Source of the DNA: Bacillota bacterium | GTDB lineage: Bacteria > Bacillota > DTU025 | DNA: 64,000 nt | Reading direction: 5' to 3' | NCBI GenBank assembly: GCA_050951805.1 | Contig: JBMNJT010000002.1 | Location: 1,344,001 to 1,408,000 of the forward strand | Shown: one piece after another, positions 1 through 10,511 of the stretch | How the letters are laid out: every line of letters starts with the position of its first letter | Numbering within the stretch: the first letter of the stretch is position 1 | Program-made: the position numbers and the translations under genes | Notes under the pieces: generated by a model | Databases searched by the model: none | What the model saw: the letters and a program-made list of their open reading frames with translations, nothing else | Told to the model about the DNA's origin: nothing

Positions 1-399
1 CGCCAGCTTCGACTCGAACCACCCGTCAAAAGCAATGGAAGATTCGGCCACGGGAACGACTCCGACGTAGACTACGGAGTTCTTGCCGCCGTATGGGTCC
101 GCAACCTGCTCCACCGCATTGGGATCATGATGCCACGTCTTACCATCAACTACAAACTTGTACTCGTAACGTCCAGGCTGTAGATGGATTACGGCGGTCC
201 AAATTCCATCTTCGTCGGGGCCTGTCATGAGATTTGCAGTAGGGTTCCAATCATTGAATGTGCCCGCCACCGCCACTGTGTTTGCTGCCATCGGAGGAGT
301 GAATGAAAATGCAACAGGAATCCTCTCCGCCGCAAAAGCGGGAGACGCTAATGCCAAGACCACGATAATTGCAGACCAAAAGGATACTCTCTCTGACAC
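1..399 (-). CDS. Secreted CBM48/glycogen-binding domain protein (runs off the left edge of the window)
   Basis: Not in the ORF track because there is no stop. Hand translation from GTG 399 (SD GAAAGGA): signal peptide VSERVSFWSAIIVVLALASPAFA, then VAVAGTFNDWNP..GIWTAVIHLQPGRYEYKFVVDGKTWHHDPNA..DPYGGKNSV, a typical CBM48/AMPK-beta-like domain. Confidence 0.85.
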   Translation of the reverse strand, partial: MSERVSFWSAIIVVLALASPAFAAERIPVAFSFTPPMAANTVAVAGTFNDWNPTANLMTGPDEDGIWTAVIHLQPGRYEYKFVVDGKTWHHDPNAVEQVADPYGGKNSVVYVGVVPVAESSIAFDGWFESKLA

Positions 400-462
400 T
401 GTGCAACCCGTCCTTTCGGTTGATATCAGAAATCTGTCGGCATTTGCCTTGAGCGCAAATAC

Positions 463-489
463 ATAGGGGGCCGCCACGCGGCCCCCTAT
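463..489. terminator. GC-rich stem-loop between the GH57 gene and the CBM48 gene
   Basis: ATAGGGGGCCGC-cac-GCGGCCCCCTAT perfect 12-bp stem right after the GH57 stop; the U-tract is weak, so it may be an mRNA-stability hairpin instead. Confidence 0.5.
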
Positions 490-491
490 AG

Positions 492-3400
492 CTAGTATTC
501 CCAGTCAGGGTATATCATTGGTACCACTGCGAGCTTCTTGGCGGAAACATCATAGGCGGAAAGTATCTCCTCTTGAGTACGTCCTGTGGGAACAAGCATA
601 TCGATAACGTTCGGGTCGTACACGCTGTTGTCGCCTCCACCGAAACGCCACTCTGCGGCCTGTTCCATCACCTCGCGGACACGCAGATTGCCCTCAGATG
701 GATAACCTTCCTGCCCAAGCACGAACACTTGGTAGCCCCAACCGGGCTCTGGCTGGCCTATAATGGACTTAGGAACCGAAATCGAAACCAGATTGCCTAT
801 GGTGTCAACGGTGGCAGTGACGCCACCAACATCGCCACCCTCGGGCATGAAGACCCTTTGGTTCCATCCTTCGACCCAGATCGCGTATTCCCACGCACAT
901 TCCGGTTCAAACTCGACTCTTCTGCCACCCAACGCTTTAGTCGATCCCGAGCTTGCCTTGTTGTCTGTATCGATGTAGATATCGATAGTCTGCACGGAAA
1001 GCCCGATCCCGGAGTTCCAAGGATTTGTTATCTCTCCTGCAAGCTCAACGTTGAAGACGACCTCCTCACCGGAATCGATAACTTCAAACGAAACCATATC
1101 GAAGGCTCCCGGCGTGAACACGGGGTTGGTGGGATAGTTGTAGGTTCCGGGACCATGATCATCACCCCGCGGATCTTCGACCCTGAAGAGCCGACGCCCA
1201 ACGGTGACCACCGGGGCCTTGAACTCTGCCGGCCCCGATGTAGGGATCATGTCGATGTTTTGATCCTTACTAGATGCTACAACAACAATGTGAGCTACAT
1301 CGGCCGGTTTCATCCGCAAAACCTCAAATGGCACGGAGATCTCAAGGGCCTCCCCCACTCCGACTGTGTTAATACGACTCACTTCTGTCCAGGTATCGTC
1401 GCCTGCCGCCACCGACAGGAGCGCGGTCGCGCGGCCAGCTCTCTCGATACCTGCAAAGTCCACTAGTATCTCTGTTCCCGGAGCGAATCCCAATACCGTG
1501 GCATCGCGTCCTGATGCGCTCCCGCGGGGAATAGTGTTGACCTCGTGCCGCCTTGGATTGGTGAGATATGCAGCGATCTTGATGTCTTTGCCGTAGAGCT
1601 CATCAAATCCGTCTTGCGTTCTTATGCGGATATAGAGGTTCTCGTTATCCACTCCAACACGCAGAGACGAGAAGATATTCTCGCCTTCACCCCAACTGAA
1701 CACAGCAGCATCGTCTTTGGGATAAAACGACGACTTCTCCCATTCGCCCCAATCGATGAACCCGTCCATCACGGGTTCATGCATGAGTCCGGTAATCCGC
1801 TCTTCCGGGATTGCAGCACGCTTCGGGATTATGGGCATGTAAAGATAGTTTGGAACCTCAAGGCCGATGTAGGAGTAGATGTTTTGTAAGTGGATCCTGA
1901 AGAGCTCGTCGAAGGCTTCATCATTGCCCGAATCCTGATCATCACCGTACCACCAGAACCAGTCAGAGCCCTCAGCCGCGTAGAGCTCCTCCCATGCTCG
2001 TTCAAGGGCGGTCATCACCTCATCATCAGCCGAATCGGCGTGTTCTGCTGTGAAGCCGGCAAGAGCCGTCCGGGCCTTCGACAGATAATCCCATGCACGA
2101 TTCTCTTCCACCTCGCCTATCCATGTCTCAAGGTCGTCAGATATCCATGAGCCAGTATGCAACATGGGAATTCTCTCTGTTGCAGGATGCGCGGCAAGAT
2201 ATTCCTCAACTGTGACTGCCTTGAAATCCGGATCATCATTCAAGGCTTCGTATAGCGTGTGCAGGAACTCCTTGCCGTCGTTTTCATAGTATTCCCAGCA
2301 ATTCTCGCCATCGAGGGCGATCGTGACTACATGCGGGCCGGGAGTTGAGGCAAGGCTCCTCTTTACGCTTCGCAGATAGTCCGTGAGATCGCGAGCAGCT
2401 GCGCGACCGCTCATCCCTGAATATGAGAATCCTATCTTGTCGGAAAGAACGATGTCTCTGAAGAGTATCGTGACTTCTTTGCCGTCTTGCTCGACGATGT
2501 AAGGTTTATAGAGGACATCAGGCCGGACGATCCTGCCTGCCCCGTCCCGCAAACCTATTCCTAGGGATTGCGCGAGCACGCCTTCACTCGAAACCATCCA
2601 CTGGAAACCCGCCTCGTGCACGATGCCGACTATGTCCTGCCCAACTGCCTGTTCCGACGGCCAGAGTCCGCGTGGAGCCACAGCAAAGTGATCTTTGTAG
2701 AAATCGACGGCCTTCGAAAGCTGCGCCTCGACATCTTCAGGGTAAGCGAACGGTTCACTCGGCAGCTCCAGCTTGGGGCTAGCGACCCGAGCAAGCTCGA
2801 CATCATAGATCAACGGCATTATCGGATGGTAGAATGGAGTGGTGGTAACCTCGATCTGTCCTGCGTTCTGCATCTCCCGATAAATCGGAATGACGTTGCG
2901 AATTATCTCGTTATGCTTGTCGAGAACAACTCGCTTATCCTCTTCGGTGAAGCCTCGGCCCTTTCTGACCAACGCCTCGATACTCGGATCTTCATCAATG
3001 AAGTCAGGGTCGAGCCAGGCCAAGTTGAACCAGACCTGCAGGTCGCGAAAGTCCTGTTCGTCGTAGGCCGCTATAGCCGCGGCAATGGATTCATCGGTCA
3101 CTCCCTGTCCCCGCTTGTTCAGGAGTTGCCAATATCGGGGGTACTTTTTGATGATGTTGTCCCAGTTGGCATCGAAAAACCTTCTCAGAATGAAGTCTTT
3201 GTCATCATCGGTCAATTCCGATGCAGGTTTGAGAGAAAGCAGGAGCTGCACGTCTTGAGCCCCGTCCGCGTACTCATCTAGTTGAAGGATGAGTGACGGC
3301 ACCAGGTTGAAGGTGACATGAACGTTGGGATAATCCTTTAGTATCGATGCCATGTCGTAGTAATCTTTTACTGCATGCATGCGCACCCAAGGCATCATAT

Positions 3401-3560
3401 ACATATCGGTTGCAGTGTTTTTGTAGAATGGCTGGTGGTTATGCCATATCAACGCAACGTAGAGGGGTTCGCCTGAGCCCACTGACGCTGGCGCCAGCCA
3501 TAAGGCCATTGCCACCAGCGTGCAGAGTGTGAGAACGCCATATAGTCTTCTCATCCCCAT
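492..3560 (-). CDS. apu: Secreted GH57 amylopullulanase with C-terminal glucodextranase-like DOMON domain
   Basis: Signal peptide; GH57 motifs IWHNHQP, HPIMP, GLWPSEQAV (nucleophile E), IALDGENCWE (acid D), AEGSDWFWW; C-terminal DPRGDDHGPGTYNYPT DOMON-like motif. Confidence 0.92.
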   Translation of the reverse strand: MGMRRLYGVLTLCTLVAMALWLAPASVGSGEPLYVALIWHNHQPFYKNTATDMYMMPWVRMHAVKDYYDMASILKDYPNVHVTFNLVPSLILQLDEYADGAQDVQLLLSLKPASELTDDDKDFILRRFFDANWDNIIKKYPRYWQLLNKRGQGVTDESIAAAIAAYDEQDFRDLQVWFNLAWLDPDFIDEDPSIEALVRKGRGFTEEDKRVVLDKHNEIIRNVIPIYREMQNAGQIEVTTTPFYHPIMPLIYDVELARVASPKLELPSEPFAYPEDVEAQLSKAVDFYKDHFAVAPRGLWPSEQAVGQDIVGIVHEAGFQWMVSSEGVLAQSLGIGLRDGAGRIVRPDVLYKPYIVEQDGKEVTILFRDIVLSDKIGFSYSGMSGRAAARDLTDYLRSVKRSLASTPGPHVVTIALDGENCWEYYENDGKEFLHTLYEALNDDPDFKAVTVEEYLAAHPATERIPMLHTGSWISDDLETWIGEVEENRAWDYLSKARTALAGFTAEHADSADDEVMTALERAWEELYAAEGSDWFWWYGDDQDSGNDEAFDELFRIHLQNIYSYIGLEVPNYLYMPIIPKRAAIPEERITGLMHEPVMDGFIDWGEWEKSSFYPKDDAAVFSWGEGENIFSSLRVGVDNENLYIRIRTQDGFDELYGKDIKIAAYLTNPRRHEVNTIPRGSASGRDATVLGFAPGTEILVDFAGIERAGRATALLSVAAGDDTWTEVSRINTVGVGEALEISVPFEVLRMKPADVAHIVVVASSKDQNIDMIPTSGPAEFKAPVVTVGRRLFRVEDPRGDDHGPGTYNYPTNPVFTPGAFDMVSFEVIDSGEEVVFNVELAGEITNPWNSGIGLSVQTIDIYIDTDNKASSGSTKALGGRRVEFEPECAWEYAIWVEGWNQRVFMPEGGDVGGVTATVDTIGNLVSISVPKSIIGQPEPGWGYQVFVLGQEGYPSEGNLRVREVMEQAAEWRFGGGDNSVYDPNVIDMLVPTGRTQEEILSAYDVSAKKLAVVPMIYPDWEY

Positions 3561-3715
3561 CTCTCCTTTTAATACCGGATTCTGTGTACCGCCATTTCCG
3601 ACCTCCGCACTTGGCGCGAAAGCCCATATGTGCCACTACGTGCTAGGTTTCTATATCGATCTGGCAAATCCTTTGTCGGTACCGATGCTGTAACGTCCAA
3701 AGACGCGACGAAATG

Positions 3716-3838
3716 GGCAACCGCCTTTCGCAATCCGAGACGTAAGCCTTCACAGGAATTACAGCTTTGCCCTCAACTTCTCGGCAAACCGTTCCTTCAT
3801 GGCTTAGGAACTTAACTTTTTGCTGCAAAACGGTGGAA
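3716..3838. promoter_or_regulatory. Three putative LacI-family operator-like sites upstream of the amylopullulanase
   Basis: GGCAACCGCCTTTC (3716), GGCAAACCGTTCC (3783) and TGCAAAACGGTGGAA (3824) share a GCAA(A/C)..CG half-site. Confidence 0.3.
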
Positions 3839-4042
3839 CATTGCTACAGATGAATCCCCTGTTTGAGCAAGTATGCTGCCTCTTGGCAAAAGCTTACGGA
3901 AGCCTTGATGATAAGCGTACCATTTAGGAAGAGCATAAAGCCCTTGCCAAAGAGATTAGGGAGCTCCTGTACCGGCTCTGTGAAAACGTAACAGCCGTCA
4001 GAAACTCCCTGAAATGCGCATGATCACACGATGCGAATCTGA

Positions 4043-5044
4043 CTAGAAATGCAGTCGCTCCATCTTCCCCGCCCCAACTTCTCCTGAGCCTTGAGAGCAC
4101 GTGAAATCGATCAAAACCTTCAGGCTTCCCCGGGTGCATGCTCTTTCAAACGCTGCCTCCATCTGATGAGCCGGGTAGATCGCCTCGATCAACGGCTCAG
4201 TAACGATCGCCCCCGTCTCAAGCAACCTCAGCGCTGGCGGAAATGGTCCGCATCGCGAACCAACGCAAGTGACCTCGTTGCGGACTATCGGTGTAAGGTT
4301 CAGCGGGGCCCCCTGCTTGAAAGTGCTCTTAAGTACGATGGTCCCCTTGGGACGGACCATGGCCATAGCAGTTTCCATCCCAGATGGATTCCCCGTGCAA
4401 TCGACTACGACATCGACAGTATCGACGAAGTCGGCTACGAGTGATACATCCATCCCGAGATCCCTTGCAATCTGCAGTTTCTCCACGTGCTTTCCCAACA
4501 CAGTAACGCGGTTTCCGCAGGCATGTATGGCCTGGGCCGTGAGGAGGCCCAGCTTGCCATCACCGATCACCACAACTTCGTCGCTCGGCCTGATGTGAAC
4601 CTGCTCCATCACTTCAACCCCTGCAGCCAATGGCTCCACAAAAACCGCCTGATGGTCTGAGACCGAGTCCGGGACGACATGGAGGTTGCATTCGGGCAGC
4701 ACCACATAGTCAGCGAAGCAACCCGGCCAACCGTTTATGCCCATGGCTTTTACATGCTCGCAATGGCGCGGGTTGCCGCCACGGCATGTCGGGCACTCGC
4801 CGCAGCTCACATTTATCTCTCCCACCACACGCTTAGCAATGAGGTCGGGATCATCGGCATCCTCTACCACGCCCACGAACTCATGCCCCATGATCCCCGT
4901 GTAGGCAAAATAGCCACGCGTAACCTCTATGTCCGTGTTGCAGATTCCCGCAAGTGTCACGCGGACCAAGGCCTGCCCCGTAGTTATCTCTGGTATCGGC
5001 ATATCCACTTCTCTAAGTCCATCCTTGAAAACGAGCGCACGCAC
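4043..5044 (-). CDS. Zinc-dependent alcohol dehydrogenase (MDR superfamily)
   Basis: GICNTD, GHEFVG, structural Zn motif CGECPTC-x7-C, GDGKLG nucleotide-binding motif; SD AAGGAGG. Confidence 0.92.
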   Translation of the reverse strand: MRALVFKDGLREVDMPIPEITTGQALVRVTLAGICNTDIEVTRGYFAYTGIMGHEFVGVVEDADDPDLIAKRVVGEINVSCGECPTCRGGNPRHCEHVKAMGINGWPGCFADYVVLPECNLHVVPDSVSDHQAVFVEPLAAGVEVMEQVHIRPSDEVVVIGDGKLGLLTAQAIHACGNRVTVLGKHVEKLQIARDLGMDVSLVADFVDTVDVVVDCTGNPSGMETAMAMVRPKGTIVLKSTFKQGAPLNLTPIVRNEVTCVGSRCGPFPPALRLLETGAIVTEPLIEAIYPAHQMEAAFERACTRGSLKVLIDFTCSQGSGEVGAGKMERLHF

Positions 5045-6272
5045 AGAAGGTCCTCCTTCCTCCGTATCAACTACAATTCATTCTATCACCCGATTCAAGC
5101 AGGTTGCATCGCCCTATCCCCGTAAGCTACCCAGGAGCTCTGTCAACAATCTACCCCCACTTTATCTTCGATCACTGCTACTTTGTTCTGCCCATACTCT
5201 CGTTCCCGCGCCTTTGCCGCTAATGCTGCTCAAACATGCCCTCACCGCACCCTCATGTTCTTTGCGGATAGTGCCCCGAAGCGCCGATCCGAACAGACGC
5301 TTTCGCGGATTGAATAGGACACCGTCGATAAATGCGGTCAGCCTTCAGCGCTTGCTCAAGCACTCTATTTCGATGGACCATCATGCCCAGTCCGGCCTGT
5401 ATGCGCGTCTGAAACAGCTTCACACCGCCCGGTATGCCCATTCGGCAAAAGCCCAGACAGATCGTAGAGCATGAGCGCATTTTCTTAGTTTGAGAAGCAT
5501 TAATCGTCCAGCAGCGTGAGCTTGTGCTGTATAATGGAACCGCAGTCTCATCGTCTCTGTCGTCTTGCCACAAGTCCAATAGGTTTCTTCTCATAGCAAG
5601 GTTATGTTATCATTGCTCCTCATTATGGAAATAGAGGTACAGGAGCCGTCTCCAGCACGAAGGGCGCACATCTCAAACGGACATACTCCATCAACCTTTT
5701 CTCACTTTCCGAGCAAAACCTGCCTCGGGCCGCGGATTCCATGCGGCATCGGGGGGCCGCAACTGTTGAAGAGCATATGGCTGAGTAATATAGGCAGCCG
5801 TGTTCACCATACCGTTGCAGCACTCCTCGCCTTCCTTCTCGACTAGCTGATCACATAGTTTGAAAGGGGTGGACTCTCCAGCTGGATCGGTTCCATGTGG
5901 ATTTTCTCGAAGCATGGCCTCTCCTTGACTCTGGGCGAGGTGATGGTAATACGATTCTTCACAGGCGCCCCGGGAGTGGACAACAAGGTCATACCTGCAA
6001 GGCTCGTGTCCAACCTTGTGGTCATTTCGAAGGTCGCGCACTTAAGCACAACATGGTGTAGAATCTAAGAGGCAGGCCTGGCCGCCAATAAAGCCCTGCC
6101 TGTCTACTGCTGTGTTACAAATGGCTTGCAACCGCACAGCACGGTTCGGAAGCAGAGCGGCGTAATCGTTTGGTAAATTCGTGTTCTTCCGCCGCAACTT
6201 CCAATCCATACAGACGTTCCCTGTTGAAGTGACAAGGCTTGTAAACGATCGAAAACGGAGGCCACAAAGTGA

Positions 6273-7037
6273 ATGGATTCAATGACTTGCGTACCTGCAA
6301 TTGAGCTCAACCGCGTAAGCATGACAAAGCCCGTCCTCTTGGGCAACTCGTTGACCGAGCTTGACATCATACGTGATGTCTCGTTCTCTGTGCCCGAGGG
6401 AGAAATCCTGGCCCTCATAGGCCCCTCAGGGTCGGGGAAATCGACCCTGATGCGAATGATCAACAGAATGGAAGACCCTACTTCCGGCCAGATCTTACTT
6501 TTTGGGTCCGACATATCAGGATTAGATGTGAGGGAGCTCAGACGTCGAGTTGGAATGGTGTCGCAAACCCCTGCCTTGCTGCCTGGGAAGGTGTCCGACA
6601 ACATAGTGTATGGCCCCAGTCTCAGAGGCGAACCGTGCAACCCCGAAGAATACTTGGAGCTTGTAGGCCTGGAGCCAGAACTCGTGTCAAGGCCTGCTTC
6701 GTCTCTGTCTGTAGGACAACAGCAACGGATGTGTATCGCGCGGGCTCTGGCCAATCGTCCCAATATCCTGCTCCTTGATGAGCCTACATCAGCGCTGGAC
6801 CGCACTGCAGCGCGGAACATAATAGAACTCATCTGCAACCTCAACCGTCAACTGGGGCTCACAGTCATCATCGTAACCCACGTGATGGAGCACGCCCAGG
6901 CCGTAGCGACGCGCGTGGCGATGCTTGTTGGCGGTGTCCTGATAGAAGAAGGCGCAGCCGCGGATTTTTTCGAAGGCCCCAAAACTCAAATTGGCCACAG
7001 ATTTCTCAAAGGAGAGCTGACAGAGGATGGACGCTAA
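6273..7037 (+). CDS. ABC transporter ATP-binding protein (FetA/YbbL-like)
   Basis: Walker A GPSGSGKST, signature LSVGQQQR, Walker B LLLDEPT, H-loop VTH; overlaps the UPF0014 permease gene. Confidence 0.9.
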   Translation: MDSMTCVPAIELNRVSMTKPVLLGNSLTELDIIRDVSFSVPEGEILALIGPSGSGKSTLMRMINRMEDPTSGQILLFGSDISGLDVRELRRRVGMVSQTPALLPGKVSDNIVYGPSLRGEPCNPEEYLELVGLEPELVSRPASSLSVGQQQRMCIARALANRPNILLLDEPTSALDRTAARNIIELICNLNRQLGLTVIIVTHVMEHAQAVATRVAMLVGGVLIEEGAAADFFEGPKTQIGHRFLKGELTEDGR

Positions 7038-7863
7038 CTCGTATATTCACATTTCCAACATGGATCTACTCATTGCACTTCTCTTCATCGCTATCTCCGG
7101 AGCAATTTCCCACTGGCAGAAGCTGGAGCTTGAACGCGACATGGCTGTAGGAACCATCAGAGCCTTCGCGCAATTACTTGCTGTCGGGTTCGTACTGCAG
7201 CAACTCTTTGACGCAGCCCGTTGGTATTGGGTTGTGCTTGCCCTTGCCATTATGACTACAGTGGCAGCACACAACGGAGTAAGGCGTCAGACCGGCGCCA
7301 AGCAAGGATTGTTCACAGTGATGATGGCCGCCATCGCAACAGGAGCATCAATTACCTTGATTCTCGTAATAGGCGTAGTCCTTCGGGTGCGCCCTTGGTA
7401 CATGCCGCAATACGTGATACCTATAGCTGGAATGATACTAGGTAATTGCATGAACGGAGCAGCCCTAGTTGTAAATAGACTCCACTCGGAGCTTACCCTC
7501 AGGCGAAACCAAGTCGAGGCCGCACTGGCGCTGGGCGCTCCCGCCAAAAAAGCGGCATCTGAGGCAATGCGGGAATCGTTGCGGGCGGCAATGATGCCGA
7601 CAATAAACTCCATGATGACTGTCGGCTTGGTGCATCTTCCAGGAATGATGACAGGACAGATGATTTCGGGCACAAGCCCGCTAGACGCAGTCCGATACCA
7701 GATCGTGGTGATGCTCATGATAGCCGCGGCAACAGCTGTAACAGCTATGACTGCGGCGTTCGGCGCCCTCGGCGTTTTCTTCACGCCTTTCCATCAGCTA
7801 TCGCCAAGGCTCGAACTAGGCGAGGCATGGGACGCCTATACACATGACAAGTCCAAACACTGA
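7027..7863 (+). CDS. fetB: ABC transporter permease, FetB/YbbM (UPF0014) family
   Basis: RAFAQLLAVG, PQYVIPIAGMILGNCM, VGLVHLPGMMTGQMISG, AVRYQI motifs. Confidence 0.9.
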   Translation: MDANSYIHISNMDLLIALLFIAISGAISHWQKLELERDMAVGTIRAFAQLLAVGFVLQQLFDAARWYWVVLALAIMTTVAAHNGVRRQTGAKQGLFTVMMAAIATGASITLILVIGVVLRVRPWYMPQYVIPIAGMILGNCMNGAALVVNRLHSELTLRRNQVEAALALGAPAKKAASEAMRESLRAAMMPTINSMMTVGLVHLPGMMTGQMISGTSPLDAVRYQIVVMLMIAAATAVTAMTAAFGALGVFFTPFHQLSPRLELGEAWDAYTHDKSKH

Positions 7864-8104
7864 CACAGCCATGGCTGAAGTTAAACATCCCTCTCAACAG
7901 TGCGCACGAAGAACCTCACGGCAAGCCTAAGTCCCTGCGTTTAGAAGACGCTGATCTCGTAGTTCCCACACTTCGTTTCCTTGCAGCCTCAATGGCTGCA
8001 TGCTCTTTCCAGAGCCCTACGAGGCCTCGAAGACTATCTACCCCGCCGGGCTCTGGAAAAAGCACAGGGCCCAGAGCGAATCCCTATTAATATGGTAAGG
8101 CCAA

Positions 8105-9148
8105 TCAGTAAGTTATCTGCCCATATATCAACACCGTTTGGTCCTGGGTTATTGCTGCAAGGAGAGACCCGTCAGGACTCCAAGCCACAGGTAAAGACCA
8201 CCAACGCCTTCCATCAACACTGATATCTGCAACCGGATCGACCTGCTCAGCGTCGAATATTACTCCGGAACCGTCATCGGTGTAGGCCACTATGTGGCGC
8301 CCATCCGGGCTCCACAACACATTGGCAAACCCGCCCGCAGCTCTCTTATGTTCCTTCTCCAGTTGACCCGTTTCGACGTTCCATACCACGATGCCCTCAT
8401 CTGTGGCACCGGCCAGACGGGAACTGTCAGGACTCCAAGAGACATGACGCACGAAACCTGAATGCCCACAAAGTTCCTTTGTATCGAACTTTTCAGACGA
8501 AATGGTATGGATAGCCCAGACATCCTCACCCACCTGCCATGCAGCGAGTTTCCCGTCGGGGCTGGGCACACTGCTCTGCTCGCCTATGCTGACAAACCAA
8601 CGATTCTCCATGGTTTTTGACTCGATATTCCACGAAGAGAAGTATTCCTCCCCGTTCCAGGTCGTCACCGACTTGCCGTCCTCGCTCCAGCCTTCCAGTC
8701 CATACACCTCAGGGTCAACAACGGTCCACTCAACTTCTCCGCTCCCTGAATCCCAGACTGTGAGCTCGTCTTCGCCAGTAATAGCCGCGATATGTTTCCC
8801 GTCAGGGCTCCAGCATACATGTTCAATCTGGTAGCCGGGCCTTCCGTGAAGCGTCAGGCTCTTCTCGCCACAGCGGGCATTCCACACGACCACAAGCCCG
8901 TCGCCTTCGCCAGTGACAATTCGCTGGCTATCAGGCGCCCAAGCCACGCTCTTCGTGCCGCCTGCATTCGCATCCATAGTGCAAAGCACTGCAAAGCGAA
9001 CCCTCTCCGGAAGATCAGAAATCTCCACCCTGGAAGAGCGTCTCTGATTCGCAATCGCGAAAACAGTTAGTATACAGGCCAATGCTATGAAGACTGCAAG
9101 AAGCGCTTCGACAGACAAACCAGTCTTGCGATCCTTCTCGTTCCCCAT
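8105..9148 (-). CDS. Membrane-anchored WD40 beta-propeller protein
   Basis: N-terminal hydrophobic anchor, then repeated (V/A)WSPDG...(V/L)xVW(N/D) WD40 units. Confidence 0.85.
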   Translation of the reverse strand: MGNEKDRKTGLSVEALLAVFIALACILTVFAIANQRRSSRVEISDLPERVRFAVLCTMDANAGGTKSVAWAPDSQRIVTGEGDGLVVVWNARCGEKSLTLHGRPGYQIEHVCWSPDGKHIAAITGEDELTVWDSGSGEVEWTVVDPEVYGLEGWSEDGKSVTTWNGEEYFSSWNIESKTMENRWFVSIGEQSSVPSPDGKLAAWQVGEDVWAIHTISSEKFDTKELCGHSGFVRHVSWSPDSSRLAGATDEGIVVWNVETGQLEKEHKRAAGGFANVLWSPDGRHIVAYTDDGSGVIFDAEQVDPVADISVDGRRWWSLPVAWSPDGSLLAAITQDQTVLIYGQITY

Positions 9149-9799
9149 CTTGCAACACCTCAGCTTCAGTCAAAATGGAGCCCACAGCGGAGCTTCCAAG
9201 GTAAGTTTACATGGCCCTCCGGGAAGCTGCAATCGCCCCTGCCGTCGACATACAAAGCAGGAACAAGGTTCCGATCTCCGTGATTACCGGACTTGTCTCG
9301 ATGGAGGCTGCAATTTAGACAGCAATGCCCACCACCGGCTCGAGGATTGCACCAGGGTCTTCAATATCAGACGGGTGCATCTTTTCCATACAGGTTTCTG
9401 GCAAAAGTGTATCTATCATGTGTCGGGCGCGCCTCAGGGAACCTGCTTTCACAAAAAAGAATCTGTGTATGCAAAACTTTGAGACTCGCGCCAGCTTTTC
9501 ACTTACACACGTAGCCTCAGGTCATGAGCGCGTGATCCTAGCCATTCCAAACCGGGATGGCGTCAACTCGATCCTCTGCCACTCAATGCAACGTTAAGCC
9601 CTCACGCTTGACGGATCGTTAACAGAATATCAACCCTTCTTTCGATATATCTGCACATTACGGCTGTACGTTTCGTTGCGCAAGTTTGCTGAAAGACGGA
9701 TATCAGCAATCATCATCTCAATTCGGTCTCAGTCACCTGCTAATGGCCTATGGATGGATTCCCCTCAAAATCGCGCTCCGGCAAAGAAAGTCACCAATG

Positions 9800-10432
9800 T
9801 CAGTCCATTGGCGCAGACAACGCCCTGAGAGATACAACAAATATCCACTGCAGAATCGCGCCGGCGGTCAGACGCTGCCATGCCCCCTGCAAATCAGTTC
9901 CAAGGAGAAAGGCGTGCGCGGTGACAATCGAACATGATACCGCAAAAGCGAAGGTAGCGAAGGAGTAGAATGCAAAGCCACCCCATTCAGAACTGTTTCG
10001 CAAACCGAATCCAAAGAGGAGGATCGCCAACATCGAGCACACCATTATGGCGGCGGCTATAAACACATGAAGGGTTCCGACGACAGTAGTAACGAGAATC
10101 GAACCATCCATGGGAAACCACAGTGTCATGATTATACCTAAAACGCCCGCAAGGGCAAGGAATGCCGCTCCGCGCTGCACATACGTTGCGACCCCGTCGT
10201 TTTGAGTACAGACGGAGGCTGGCATCACAGATGCAAATCCGATCACCATCGTGTCGAGGAGGATGAACCATCGATCGAGAGCAGGTTTGGTTGCGCTGCC
10301 CTGGGCAGTCATCTCGCTTAGCGGGCGTGAAAGGTGATTATAGCCCGGGATCATCTCCGCTCCGACCACAGTGACCACCACGTACCCCGCAACCGCCACC
10401 AATCCTGCAAAGAGCAGAGCTCTGCCCATCAT
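9800..10432 (-). CDS. DUF998-family membrane protein
   Basis: PGYNHLSRPLSEM motif, LHV helix, GAWQR near the C-terminus; start moved to ATG 10432 after SD AAGGGGAG. Confidence 0.75.
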   Translation of the reverse strand: MMGRALLFAGLVAVAGYVVVTVVGAEMIPGYNHLSRPLSEMTAQGSATKPALDRWFILLDTMVIGFASVMPASVCTQNDGVATYVQRGAAFLALAGVLGIIMTLWFPMDGSILVTTVVGTLHVFIAAAIMVCSMLAILLFGFGLRNSSEWGGFAFYSFATFAFAVSCSIVTAHAFLLGTDLQGAWQRLTAGAILQWIFVVSLRALSAPMD

Positions 10433-10481
10433 GATATCCGACCATCTCCCCTTGTACAGCTTCAACTGGAGCATCCGCCCA

Positions 10482-10511
10482 CATTCTTGCCCAACGCTGA
10501 CAATGTCAAAC
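10482..10511 (-). promoter_or_regulatory. Possible sigmaF/G-type promoter for the DUF998 gene
   Basis: GTTTG-N15-GGCAAGAATG compared with consensus GYWTA-N15-GGNRANANTR. Confidence 0.3.

Noticed and set aside
5100-6270. 1.1-kb gap with a TG-TATAAT box (about 5528-5535) and stop-interrupted reading frames at 5604-6068
   Set aside because: Possibly a decayed gene, but no family motif or known RNA is recognisable and the listed ORFs lack SD support
9150-9800. Short ORFs upstream of the WD40 gene, including a hydrophobic stop-broken frame on the minus strand
   Set aside because: No homology or good SD visible
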